Both the position numbers and the translations under genes were made by a program. DNA of 64,000 bases from a virus, in the IMG/VR virus record IMGVR_UViG_3300034062_008235, positions 27,058 to 91,057 of that record; one strand, given 5' to 3'. Below are positions 1-9,147 of this stretch, one piece after another. Numbering within the stretch: the stretch's first letter is position 1; every line of letters starts with the position of its first letter. The notes below the pieces were generated by a model that saw only the letters and a program-made list of their open reading frames with translations, did no database searches and was not told the DNA's origin.

Positions 1-791
1 GCCATGCCGGGGACATTTTGTTCAATCTTCTTTTGAGTTTGACTACGCATTCTTAACGAAGCGTAAAATGGCAATCCTTGTCCCCCTCCAGCAGTAGTTT
101 CGGGATTACCGTAAAGAACACCAATTTTATCACGGATCTGATTGAGGACCACAACTGTAACATCATTCTGCTCCATTTCAGTGTTAAGTTTTCTCAGTTC
201 TTTAGAACAAATCTTTGCTCGTTCACCGGGCTGTTCATTACCACCAACAATACGCTTGAAATCAGCCTTGCTATATCCTTCAGGAAGCTTTGTTTCTCTA
301 AATTCTCTAGCACTAGGCGATACTGAAATTGAATCATAAACAATACAAATCGGCACTTCAATTTTCTTTGTTTTGCGGATATAATTAATAACACGATACA
401 TTGTGCTAAAACAGTCTTCTAATGTTTCAGGAGTGTATCTTACAAGCTTAGTAATATCGCATTTAGTAGCATTTTGTATAAATTCGCCATTAATAGCATT
501 CTCTGTATCGAGAATAACTCCAATGCCGCCCATGCGCTGAACACCAGCAAGAATGTTTGCGCCAATAAGACTTTTACTTGATGCCGATGGACCATAAATT
601 TCGCTTAAACGTCCACCGGGAATGCCTCCACCATAAAACTTGCCAGAGCAACAATAATTAATGGCAAAATTGCCTGTATCTATAAAATATCTTGCTTGAT
701 CAAGTTCTGATACTAACTCTGCGCCAGTTGCGCTTGCAATATCGGTGAATAAATTATCAAGGGAAGCTGAATCTTTCTTTTGACGAGCCAT
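1..791 (-). CDS. uvsX: UvsX/RecA-like recombinase (3' end runs off window)
   Basis: Not in ORF track. Manual translation from ATG 791: MARQKKDSASLDNLF...IDTGNFAINYCCSGKFYGGGIPGGRLSEIYGPSASSKS...LDTENA...VYDSI...VVVLNQIRDKIGVLYGNPETTAGG. Walker A GPSASSKS is of the non-canonical UvsX type (T4 GPSKSFKS). Confidence 0.93.
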   Translation of the reverse strand, partial: MARQKKDSASLDNLFTDIASATGAELVSELDQARYFIDTGNFAINYCCSGKFYGGGIPGGRLSEIYGPSASSKSLIGANILAGVQRMGGIGVILDTENAINGEFIQNATKCDITKLVRYTPETLEDCFSTMYRVINYIRKTKKIEVPICIVYDSISVSPSAREFRETKLPEGYSKADFKRIVGGNEQPGERAKICSKELRKLNTEMEQNDVTVVVLNQIRDKIGVLYGNPETTAGGGQGLPFYASLRMRSQTQKKIEQNVPGM

Positions 792-846
792 GCCAAACTC
801 CATGCAGAACAATGTGACTCAAACTAATAGAGTATTAAAACAAAAA

Positions 847-874
847 AACAGGAAGCTTTTTTAAGCTTCCTGTT
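847..874 (-). terminator. Rho-independent terminator after SSB gene
   Basis: AACAGGAAGCTT-tttt-AAGCTTCCTGTT inverted repeat followed by a T-run on the minus strand. Confidence 0.75.
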
Positions 875-898
875 AGATATTTCAAGTCTACTTAAGTA

Positions 899-1843
899 TT
901 ATCGTTTACCAAAACCAATGTTGCCTAACTGAGCTTCTATGTCCTCGTCAATCATATCATCAACACCATCCAAAGAACTTTCTTCAATCTTTGATGTTGA
1001 AGGCTTTGATGATGTCATCTTTGATGATGTCACTTGAGGTTTTGGTTGTAATTCACCTTCACCAATAAAACTTTTCAAAGCTTCTTCTATCTGATCGATA
1101 GTAAGATAATTAGGAATTGCTTCCAAATCGTGGTACTTAGTCAACCAAGATTTAATCTGATCACCACTACCAAGAACAGAAGGATCTTCAAAGAAAGATT
1201 GATCGTAATTCGGATAACCATTAGGTCCACGAACAACTTTCACAATCTTGAAGTCTCGACCATTCTGATAATGCGAAACATCTCCTAAACCTTTCTTGCC
1301 AGTAGTTTCATTACCTGACATAGAAACCCAAATAAGATTATGAACGGTCTTCCCAATACTAAGAATCTTGGGACCAACATTAGTTTCAATCTGGTTGGTC
1401 TTAGGATTTAACTGAGAACGAACAATGCAGTTGTAGTAATACCTTTCAATTGGCTTAATAGAACGAGCATCATCTTGAAGCTTCTTAGCACGATCAGCAG
1501 GCATCTTCTTGGACTTCTCCCACATTGCATTATATTCTTTGCAAATAGGGCACTCAGTTTCAGGACTAACTGTCCGCCACTGTTCTCCTCTAGGAGTCTG
1601 CACTAATTTTTTAGTACAAAAAATTGTTTTGGAATTAGGGTATTCGCCAAGCCGATGTATGCGAACCGCATGAAAGAATGGCTTGTTTTTAAGCTTAGGA
1701 AGAAGCCTGAGTAAAACAAATCCATCCTTCTCTGGCATGCGAACATAATCATCATTCGCACTACCACCAGCTTCTTTATTAAGCCTGCTAGCCTCTTTGC
1801 GAATATCGTTCATATCTAACGTATCAAATTCATAGTCTGCCAT
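899..1843 (-). CDS. T4 gp32-like single-stranded DNA-binding protein
   Basis: LRLLP, CPIC Zn site, RYYYNCIVR, GRDFKI, YPNYDQSFF, acidic C-terminal tail; adjacent to uvsX. Confidence 0.88.
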   Translation of the reverse strand: MADYEFDTLDMNDIRKEASRLNKEAGGSANDDYVRMPEKDGFVLLRLLPKLKNKPFFHAVRIHRLGEYPNSKTIFCTKKLVQTPRGEQWRTVSPETECPICKEYNAMWEKSKKMPADRAKKLQDDARSIKPIERYYYNCIVRSQLNPKTNQIETNVGPKILSIGKTVHNLIWVSMSGNETTGKKGLGDVSHYQNGRDFKIVKVVRGPNGYPNYDQSFFEDPSVLGSGDQIKSWLTKYHDLEAIPNYLTIDQIEEALKSFIGEGELQPKPQVTSSKMTSSKPSTSKIEESSLDGVDDMIDEDIEAQLGNIGFGKR

Positions 1844-1908
1844 TGCAACTGCCTTTCTGGGTGTATCTCACACCACACTGCTATAAAGCTCTACCTGCTT
1901 TACTAAGG

Positions 1909-2199
1909 TTACACCATTGGTGTTCCGCTATTATCGCCTAAAGGAGTGTTGTTGTCAACATTTTTGTCCTGTTCAGCCAATAATTTTTCCATCTGCTCGA
2001 TTATTTTAAGATTATGCTCCAATCGTTGCGTAATCTCTTCTCTGCTTAAATATTTAGATTCTCTACTCTCAAATTCTTTCTCTAACATTTTTTCTTCTTT
2101 TTTAGCTTTCCTGAATTCTTCCCTGCGAACGAGGACTCTTTTTCGAGCTTCGACTTTCTTTGCTTTCTTCTTTTGATCACTTTTTCTTTGACTGCTCAT
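1909..2199 (-). CDS. hypothetical basic coiled-coil protein
   Basis: 96 aa ORF translationally coupled within the operon. Confidence 0.7.
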   Translation of the reverse strand: MSSQRKSDQKKKAKKVEARKRVLVRREEFRKAKKEEKMLEKEFESRESKYLSREEITQRLEHNLKIIEQMEKLLAEQDKNVDNNTPLGDNSGTPMV

Positions 2200-2924
2200 T
2201 ACTTTCCTCTCAGGTTTATCATAGCCTCATTGCCCCCCATGCCCTTCCAGTTCAAAAGATCATTATTACCAATTTTGCTAGCATTCATCTCATTGTCGAA
2301 AACAAGCGTAGGGGCAGGGACGAAATATTCATCTGTAACTTCTAAAACATTATTATTATCATCATTTGTTACAATCAACATTCCAATTCCATTTGTGTTG
2401 TATTTTTCTGAATAAACTGGATATATTTTTGCTTTTGTAAACTTATAAGGAAATTGAGTCTTATCCATCCTTAACGGTGGATCAAAAATTACTTTTCTTT
2501 TAATCTTGTTCTTATCAACACTGGCAAATTGATTATCGATTCTATTCGCCAACTTTTGAAAAGTTGTTGGCTTAGACAATACTTTTTCTTCATCTATCCT
2601 CGGAATATCCTGTGGATCATCAGGAATATTGTTTTCCAAATCACAATTTTCTGCCAAACTAGAATTGTTAAACTTGCTTCCAGCTACAGAAAAACCATTT
2701 TTACCAAGCTTGAAACTAACCTTTTTCTTTGTATACTCGTAAATATCAACATCGTATATAAATATATCTCTACGAGCAAGTTGTGTGAGGATATATTTAG
2801 CCAAATTTTCTACTGGATAATTTTCATCCACTTTGCCAAACTTATTTTTAAAAATAAGCGGCTCATCCTTGTTATAATCAAGGTCTTCTTTTTGTTTATA
2901 ATACTTAAATTCTATTTCAAACAT
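2199..2924 (-). CDS. hypothetical protein
   Basis: 241 aa ORF in operon. Confidence 0.75.
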   Translation of the reverse strand: MFEIEFKYYKQKEDLDYNKDEPLIFKNKFGKVDENYPVENLAKYILTQLARRDIFIYDVDIYEYTKKKVSFKLGKNGFSVAGSKFNNSSLAENCDLENNIPDDPQDIPRIDEEKVLSKPTTFQKLANRIDNQFASVDKNKIKRKVIFDPPLRMDKTQFPYKFTKAKIYPVYSEKYNTNGIGMLIVTNDDNNNVLEVTDEYFVPAPTLVFDNEMNASKIGNNDLLNWKGMGGNEAMINLRGK

Positions 2925-2932
2925 ATTTTAAC

Positions 2933-3517
2933 CTAGTGTTCCATTATTAATTTTTCATCAAGTTCCACTATATCGACACCACATTTGTCAAAAAGAAATC
3001 TGCTGCCGACAGAATAGTCCTTATCTTTATTTGATAAACAAAACAATTTTTTAATTCCAGAATTTATAATTAATTTTGTACATTCAACGCATGGTAAAGT
3101 ACACCATGCGAACATATGCGCTCCATTTAAATCAGCAGATGCATTAACTATGGCATTTGCTTCAGCATGAGCACAAGAACATAACTCAAGTCTCTCCCCA
3201 GATTTACATCCAAGAATTTTTCTTGGGCATTGTTTTGCATAAGCATGATTCTTAATAAATTCTTTTTCATCAAAATTAGGATCTATTTTGTATTTATCTT
3301 CTTCTGTAAGCTGAGGAAGAAAAATTGTTTTAAGATGTTCTGGGCTGTCACAATGAGGGGCATTTCTTGGTGGACCATTATATCCCATGCTAACAACTTT
3401 AGTTAACAAATTGTTAACAATCACAACACCAATTTTTCTTGAATAACATGGATTTTTAAGCTCACCAAAAAGCTTAGCAGTAAGCATATACTTCTGAACA
3501 AACTCAATGTTAAACAT
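2933..3517 (-). CDS. dCMP deaminase
   Basis: GYNGPP, HAEANAI and PCVEC Zn-deaminase motifs. Confidence 0.93.
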   Translation of the reverse strand: MFNIEFVQKYMLTAKLFGELKNPCYSRKIGVVIVNNLLTKVVSMGYNGPPRNAPHCDSPEHLKTIFLPQLTEEDKYKIDPNFDEKEFIKNHAYAKQCPRKILGCKSGERLELCSCAHAEANAIVNASADLNGAHMFAWCTLPCVECTKLIINSGIKKLFCLSNKDKDYSVGSRFLFDKCGVDIVELDEKLIMEH

Positions 3518-3556
3518 CGTATTCTCTCATGTTATAACAATACGACAAACCTAAAT

Positions 3557-3979
3557 TTATTCATTTATTTGGAAGTTTAACTTGTCCATTTCTTTACGCA
3601 ACATATGACCTCGATTGTGAGCATCTTCTCTTGAAGCGTTCAAAGCTTGCAAATGTGCGTAAATTCTATCTTTGCAATATCTGTTTTGAATGCATTCTCT
3701 TTTCAAAGCAACACATTCGTCATCACCTTCAGCTGCTAATTCTGCTGTTTTATCTGATTTGCCAAGATCTTTTTGTTCTTTGAATTTTTGAATAAATTTT
3801 CTTTTGTATTCAAGTTCTGCTACAGAAAAACATTTCATAGCCAATGCATGACCAGCTCCAACATAATCAATAATTCCGCCTACTTTTTCAAAAAATATAT
3901 TAAGAGTTGCATCCGTGAAATTTAAATCACGAGAATCAATTGTCCATTCCTGATCATCTAACGCAATCTTTTCAATCAT
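3557..3979 (-). CDS. UvsY-like recombination mediator (putative)
   Basis: 140 aa helical protein of UvsY size and pattern in the uvsX/gp32/helicase cluster. Confidence 0.5.
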   Translation of the reverse strand: MIEKIALDDQEWTIDSRDLNFTDATLNIFFEKVGGIIDYVGAGHALAMKCFSVAELEYKRKFIQKFKEQKDLGKSDKTAELAAEGDDECVALKRECIQNRYCKDRIYAHLQALNASREDAHNRGHMLRKEMDKLNFQINE

Positions 3980-4048
3980 GGCTCATACTACTTTCTGAGA
4001 AAAAGGGAAAACCGTGCTATCAATTCAAATTAGTAAGGTTTGCAGTCA

Positions 4049-4111
4049 TTAATTGTTGCCACCCCACTGTTGCGCCATTGCATCGGCAATTCCTTTATAA
4101 GTCCTACTCCT
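4049..4111 (-). pseudogene. C-terminal relic of a phage DNA methylase-like gene
   Basis: Intergenic DNA reads RSRTYKGIADAMAQQWGGNN*, with an in-frame TAA shortly upstream and no start; resembles the RSxT(F/Y)xGIAxAMAxQWG C-terminus of a common phage methylase-like family. Confidence 0.6.
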
Positions 4112-4139
4112 GATAATTTATTTTTTGATAAAAATAGAA

Positions 4140-5678
4140 TCAATCAATTGGGTTAGATGGATCTTGTTGTTTTTTCTTACCTACCTTTTTAGGAGGATGG
4201 TTATTTGATGATATATTTGATGAATCAGATGTAACGCTATAAGTGTTAGCATCTTGCTGGGCTTTATTGTGCATTTTTGTCTTATATTTATCAAAATCTA
4301 TTTCTGATATGGTTAACATTTCGTGATTATATTCTATTGGGAAATGGTATCTTGATTTACCATTTCTACTTTTGATAATGAATATTCTGCCAACTTGAGC
4401 ATTAGCTTCATCGGTAGTTCTATTGATAGACCATAAACCATCAAGAGGCTTAAACATGTCAAAAGACGCACCGATGTTGCCTTCTTCAATAAATTCCGAT
4501 GAAGACAATTCAGATGCTGACTTATTCGGTTGCATTGCAGTAAATACAAGCATTTTCTTTTCACAAGCAAGTCCTCTTAGGTCACGAATGATTCTATACT
4601 TAGATTCCCAAACAGCAACTCCCGGTGTATCTTTCATTTCTCCGGGATAATCAACAACCAAAAGGTCTGGAACAAATCCATATAACTCCAATTGGTTTAA
4701 ATAAGCTCGAATATCATTAACATCAATACTACCAGCAGGAAATTGCTTAACTACCAATCTGTTCTTGTCTTCGTATTCAAGTGTTTTATATTCAAGGATG
4801 TTTTTTACTTCATCTTTTTGACTAGCAAGCTTATTATATGGCATTCCGACATAAGCTGATGTGAATCTTTTAGAAATAGAAACCCAATCCATTTCTACAG
4901 AAATAAACGCTACTTTAAACCCTTTGTTTACATTTTCAACAGCTGCTTTAACCAAAGCCAAAGATTTACCAACACCGGGTAGTGCTATAAAAGCATAAAT
5001 TTCACCACGTCTTGGTCCACCACCAGATATCTCAAAATCAATTGACAAAAATCCTGATGTAAACTTATCAACTCTTTCTTCATCTTTAGATAATTCTGTG
5101 AAGAATTGTTCTATTTGATTAAAATATTGGAAACCTGCATCAAATGTCTTTGACACTAACATGCAATTACGAAATCTCTCATAAACCTTAGCCCAGATTT
5201 CTTCTGAATCTGGATTCTTCTTAAGATCTCTTTGGCTTTCTTCCATTGCTATTCTAAGACTTTGTATCTTGGAAAAATTAAGCAATTTATTAAACAAAAT
5301 ATCTCTTGATGCTTGGTTAGGTATAAAGAAATCATAAAGCGATTGAAGTTCTGATCTATAATAAACTTTAATTGCATCTGATTTTTCTCTTACTTTCTCA
5401 AGCAAATCGTTTTCCATAATCATCCTGTCAGGTATTCCTGTAGGATGATCATCAAATAATTTAAATAAAATGCGACATGTTTCTACATGAACTTCATTAG
5501 AAAAATATTCAGGAGAAATAAGAGCTTTTCCCTGAAGAAGAAAATTCCTATCTGTTAAAAGAATACCTAAAATTCTTCTTTGGAAATTTTCATCCCAACG
5601 AAATTTAGTCTGAGTATTCTGTTGTTGAAGCATAGTCTCCAACAACTTTTGTTGATCTTCGGTAAGTTTAGCTTCCAT
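4140..5678 (-). CDS. gp41/DnaB-like replicative helicase
   Basis: Walker A ALPGVGKS, SVEM, LVVDY, TAMQPN, KSRNGK; start placed at ATG 5678 with GAGGA RBS. Confidence 0.93.
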   Translation of the reverse strand: MEAKLTEDQQKLLETMLQQQNTQTKFRWDENFQRRILGILLTDRNFLLQGKALISPEYFSNEVHVETCRILFKLFDDHPTGIPDRMIMENDLLEKVREKSDAIKVYYRSELQSLYDFFIPNQASRDILFNKLLNFSKIQSLRIAMEESQRDLKKNPDSEEIWAKVYERFRNCMLVSKTFDAGFQYFNQIEQFFTELSKDEERVDKFTSGFLSIDFEISGGGPRRGEIYAFIALPGVGKSLALVKAAVENVNKGFKVAFISVEMDWVSISKRFTSAYVGMPYNKLASQKDEVKNILEYKTLEYEDKNRLVVKQFPAGSIDVNDIRAYLNQLELYGFVPDLLVVDYPGEMKDTPGVAVWESKYRIIRDLRGLACEKKMLVFTAMQPNKSASELSSSEFIEEGNIGASFDMFKPLDGLWSINRTTDEANAQVGRIFIIKSRNGKSRYHFPIEYNHEMLTISEIDFDKYKTKMHNKAQQDANTYSVTSDSSNISSNNHPPKKVGKKKQQDPSNPID

Positions 5679-5689
5679 ACTAAAAATCC

Positions 5690-6244
5690 TCAAATATACA
5701 AGTGTTCGTGTTCACTAAGTGAAACTTGACCTACTCGAATATGTTTTTCTTTAGTAATTCTCTTGCCGACATGCCTAGTAGCATTCCATATGATCTGCTT
5801 TGTGTAAATAACAAACTTGGCATTAATCATAAGTTTTAAACCAATGTCAGGTCTTTCTTGTGATGGAACAAATTTTTTAACTAATTTCTCCAGAATTTCC
5901 TCTTGAGGATCACCAAATTTGCGACGATATGCTCCATGATGTGTCTTATTTTTCCATAGATCTTTTAAAGAATCAAAAATTTTTCTAAATATCCCATCTT
6001 GCGGAACATGTTTTTCAACTGTATCAAATGATGATTCAATATAAGTTTGTCTTTTATAATAACTACCTGCCCTTATAACAGACATAAGAAGCTCTTGTTT
6101 GATATCTTCTACATCTAACTGATGATTATTACGAGAATTATTAGACATTAATTGCCAACTGGCATAAAGACACAACTGACCAAACTTTTCCTCAAGTTCT
6201 TTAAATTCCTCTGAGTTAATCTTAAACATCTGAAATATCTTCAT
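5690..6244 (-). CDS. sigma70 region-2-like protein lacking region 4
   Basis: DVEDIKQELLMSVIRA (2.1/2.2-like) and KFVIYTKQIIWN (2.3/2.4-like) separated by an insertion. Confidence 0.45.
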   Translation of the reverse strand: MKIFQMFKINSEEFKELEEKFGQLCLYASWQLMSNNSRNNHQLDVEDIKQELLMSVIRAGSYYKRQTYIESSFDTVEKHVPQDGIFRKIFDSLKDLWKNKTHHGAYRRKFGDPQEEILEKLVKKFVPSQERPDIGLKLMINAKFVIYTKQIIWNATRHVGKRITKEKHIRVGQVSLSEHEHLYI

Positions 6245-6298
6245 TTCAATTACCTCCTTGAAACGTAAGGTGTAGTATCAACCTTTAATGTAATTGAG

Positions 6299-7609
6299 TC
6301 AAACTTCAGAATAATTTTTCAAAAATGCTAAATTTTCGCCAAACTTAGTATCAACAATAAATCTTAAGGGCTTATAGTCAGAAAATTCTTTCTGCAAAGT
6401 ATCTTTAATTTGCAATACAGATAATTTTAATTTTTCCTTTTTAACAGCAAAAACAAAACAATCGTGAATTGAAAACAATAATCTAAAATCTTTAGTTTCA
6501 ATTGATTTTATTTCATTCATCTTCATAAAACAAAATACTGCTGCTGGTGAATGTACAGAAAAATTCATGGCTTTATATCCCTCATCTGCAATAAAATTTT
6601 TCTTTCTTTTGAAGTAATCAAGACAATAGCCAAAATTTATTGCTTGAGCAGACTGCTGTGAAACATAATCAAACGCTTTGCTAAATAAAGTCTTTATTTT
6701 ATTCAAATAAGTCTTGGCTTCCAAAATAGAACAACCTAAAGATTCTGATAACTTAGCTGGAGAAATACCATAAATACTTGGTAAAAATATCTTCTTACCT
6801 AAATCTTTATAGTTTTTATTTTCAAAATTATTTAAATCAAGAACATATTGAGCAATTTGTTCATACGGATGACATGTGTTATACAATAATGTATTTAAGT
6901 TAGCATCATTACTCAAAAATGCCAAAACATATAACTCCAATGCCTTAAAGTCAAACGATACAAATATTTCATCTTCTGATAAAACAAAATTTTTCTTAAT
7001 TTCATAAGTCAAAGTATGTGGATTAAAATTTCTATTAGAAAAAACTTTAGAATTCAATCTTCCATTTTCTTGCAATCTTGATGAATAATAAGGATAAACA
7101 AATGTAGCTTCACTATCCAATATGATAGCTTGATTTTCCATGTGTGGAATTGTTTCACATATTAATTTTTGAAAAACATTTTTATATATTTCAAAACTAT
7201 CATGCTTAATAAATTTCAAAAATATAGAAACTATGTCAGTCATTTTTTCAAAAGAACAACTTATATCATTGTAATCACAATACCAATTTAAATCAAAAAA
7301 TACTTTAAAATCAATTTGTTTAGTACAATTTTGTTTCAAACAAAAAGAATGAAATAACTTAGAATCTAAACAAATTATCGGTCGATTATATTCTCTTAAA
7401 CAATTATTCACATGGTGTACAAACGAACATGTATTGTTTTGATGTAATTTTATTTCAAATTTAGATCCTCTTGGTCCTTCAAGTTTTATATGAAGTAAAA
7501 GATTTTGTTTATCAGTTAAATCGGGTTGATTTAAAATTTGCAAATAAATAAATGGCTCGACACAAAATGTGTCGAAAATGTTTTCAAAAGTGGTTTTGTC
7601 AATACTCAC
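6299..7609 (-). CDS. divergent family A DNA polymerase (polymerase domain, no clear exonuclease)
   Basis: GRLNS, motif A DFKALELYVLAFLS, motif B KDLGKKIFLPSIYG, motif C IHDC; GTG start. Confidence 0.85.
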   Translation of the reverse strand: MSIDKTTFENIFDTFCVEPFIYLQILNQPDLTDKQNLLLHIKLEGPRGSKFEIKLHQNNTCSFVHHVNNCLREYNRPIICLDSKLFHSFCLKQNCTKQIDFKVFFDLNWYCDYNDISCSFEKMTDIVSIFLKFIKHDSFEIYKNVFQKLICETIPHMENQAIILDSEATFVYPYYSSRLQENGRLNSKVFSNRNFNPHTLTYEIKKNFVLSEDEIFVSFDFKALELYVLAFLSNDANLNTLLYNTCHPYEQIAQYVLDLNNFENKNYKDLGKKIFLPSIYGISPAKLSESLGCSILEAKTYLNKIKTLFSKAFDYVSQQSAQAINFGYCLDYFKRKKNFIADEGYKAMNFSVHSPAAVFCFMKMNEIKSIETKDFRLLFSIHDCFVFAVKKEKLKLSVLQIKDTLQKEFSDYKPLRFIVDTKFGENLAFLKNYSEV

Positions 7610-7615
7610 ACCAAA

Positions 7616-7644
7616 AATCTACGATTACTAAAAACTTAAGTCAA
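7616..7644 (-). promoter_or_regulatory. sigma70-type promoter for polA-like/replication operon
   Basis: TTGACT-N17-TAGATT; GTG start 6 nt after the -10, so probably leaderless. Confidence 0.65.
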
Positions 7645-7661
7645 ACATAATTTTTATTTTT

Positions 7662-7897
7662 TTTGGCACACTTTTTGCTTCGCGCGTTTATACTAAGTAT
7701 TTATATTCATCTTCAATTACTTCGTAATTGAAGATGCTTTAGTTTAAGTGGTACTAATTTACTCTTCGCTTCGCTCAGAGTAAATTAGCACCACTTAATA
7801 AAATATGATTTATTAAATAATCAAAATTAGAACTAATACTTATTAAGTTAATTATATTAATACTTAGTATTAATTAATACGCAAAAATCGTGCCAAA
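7662..7897. repeat. nested inverted-repeat element with two facing sigma54-consensus motifs (candidate origin or ncRNA)
   Basis: TGGCACACTTTTTGCT (+, 7664-7679) and TGGCACGATTTTTGCG (-, 7895-7880); inner IR TACTAAGTATT 7691-7701/7859-7869; 13-bp hairpin 7708-7736; 22-bp hairpin 7744-7798; AT-rich tract. Confidence 0.8.
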
Positions 7898-8069
7898 TGA
7901 CAAACAAAACAAGAAATATTTTTAGCTCGTAAAATCGCTTTAAACGCATTTAGTGTTAAAAATCGACCTGAGTCTCACTTGGATGTAGAAACGAATTCCT
8001 AGCCATGTTTATTAACGAATAAACGGCATATGTGACTGGAATGATCCCCATATAATTTCAAACTCAAGT

Positions 8070-8098
8070 TTGACTTTTAAGATTGAATGGATTAGAGT
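8070..8098 (+). promoter_or_regulatory. sigma70-type promoter
   Basis: TTGACT-N17-TAGAGT, ATG 6 nt downstream with no RBS. Confidence 0.65.
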
Positions 8099-8104
8099 AA
8101 AAAC

Positions 8105-8809
8105 ATGCGACAGATTTTTAAAACATCTACAGAACAACTGCTTAGTCTATCTGATGATTCAGATATGGTTTTTGCTTATCATTTGTTGATATATTATCTT
8201 AATTCTGAGTATCATTATTTTCCTGACTATAACCACACAAAATTTAATGATTTAAAACCTATAAGAAAACAATCAGCGTTTAAGTATCTTTTGAAATTTG
8301 TGAAAGATAAAAAAGAAATTTTCAAAGCGCCAGCTGAGTATTTTATTTTTATAAAAGCTCAAATGGAGATTATTAAAATCTTAGAAAACAAAAATCCAAT
8401 TATAAATCCAAGCCTATTGATTGGCGAAAAAGCTGAAAAAAGATATTTTGTTTGGATTAAGAAAATGCGAGAAAATAAGATGATGACAAAAACTGTCACG
8501 AGAAAACTTGAAGATAGATTTATATCATCTGCTTTTGAAAATACTATTGTATCTTTGAAAGATACATTAGGAGATAATTTTACATATGAAAATTTTTACA
8601 AAAATATTAGAAGAATATTATTGCAGATAAGAGCTAAACAAATTGATCCTATTTGGTGTTTTGTTAGCGAATGGGTTAATAAGTTACCAGACGACATAAA
8701 AAATGAAATTATTAGTTTAACAGAATGTGAAAAATATAAAGACTATAATGTTGATGATATAAAAAAAATTTACAATGAAAAGTTTAACAATTTATCTCAA
8801 GAGACATAA
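8105..8809 (+). CDS. hypothetical protein next to candidate origin
   Basis: 234 aa ORF with its own promoter. Confidence 0.75.
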   Translation: MRQIFKTSTEQLLSLSDDSDMVFAYHLLIYYLNSEYHYFPDYNHTKFNDLKPIRKQSAFKYLLKFVKDKKEIFKAPAEYFIFIKAQMEIIKILENKNPIINPSLLIGEKAEKRYFVWIKKMRENKMMTKTVTRKLEDRFISSAFENTIVSLKDTLGDNFTYENFYKNIRRILLQIRAKQIDPIWCFVSEWVNKLPDDIKNEIISLTECEKYKDYNVDDIKKIYNEKFNNLSQET

Positions 8810-8817
8810 ATAATTTT

Positions 8818-9147
8818 ATGAAACAACAATCTGATGATCCTTTGGAATTTTTAAAGAATAGGCGTAAAGGGGCGCAAAATAATGCTGCTGATGCTAAAGC
8901 AAAAGGCGGTGATGCTATTCTTTCCTATTATCATTTTGAAGCAAAGGATAAACCTTATGCAGAAGTGATGAAAGCCCTTAAAAACGATGGATTGAAAACA
9001 GCTATCAAATTTAGTAAAGACCAAACTAAATCAATTATGAAAGAATTAGATTTTATTAATGATACTCAAAAAGATTTTCAAGCTTTAATGGGGAAAATTG
9101 AAGTTTATGGAGAATGTTATATTAAACTTTCATCTATTGATCAATAA
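8818..9147 (+). CDS. hypothetical protein
   Basis: 109 aa; TAAATA 5 nt upstream of ATG. Confidence 0.7.
   Translation: MKQQSDDPLEFLKNRRKGAQNNAADAKAKGGDAILSYYHFEAKDKPYAEVMKALKNDGLKTAIKFSKDQTKSIMKELDFINDTQKDFQALMGKIEVYGECYIKLSSIDQ

Noticed and set aside
78-394. Three short ORF-track calls
   Set aside because: Shadows of the uvsX frame that runs from 791 off the left edge.
570-593. Inactive RecA owing to Walker A lacking the second Gly
   Set aside because: T4 UvsX also has a non-Gly residue there (GPSKSFKS) and is active.
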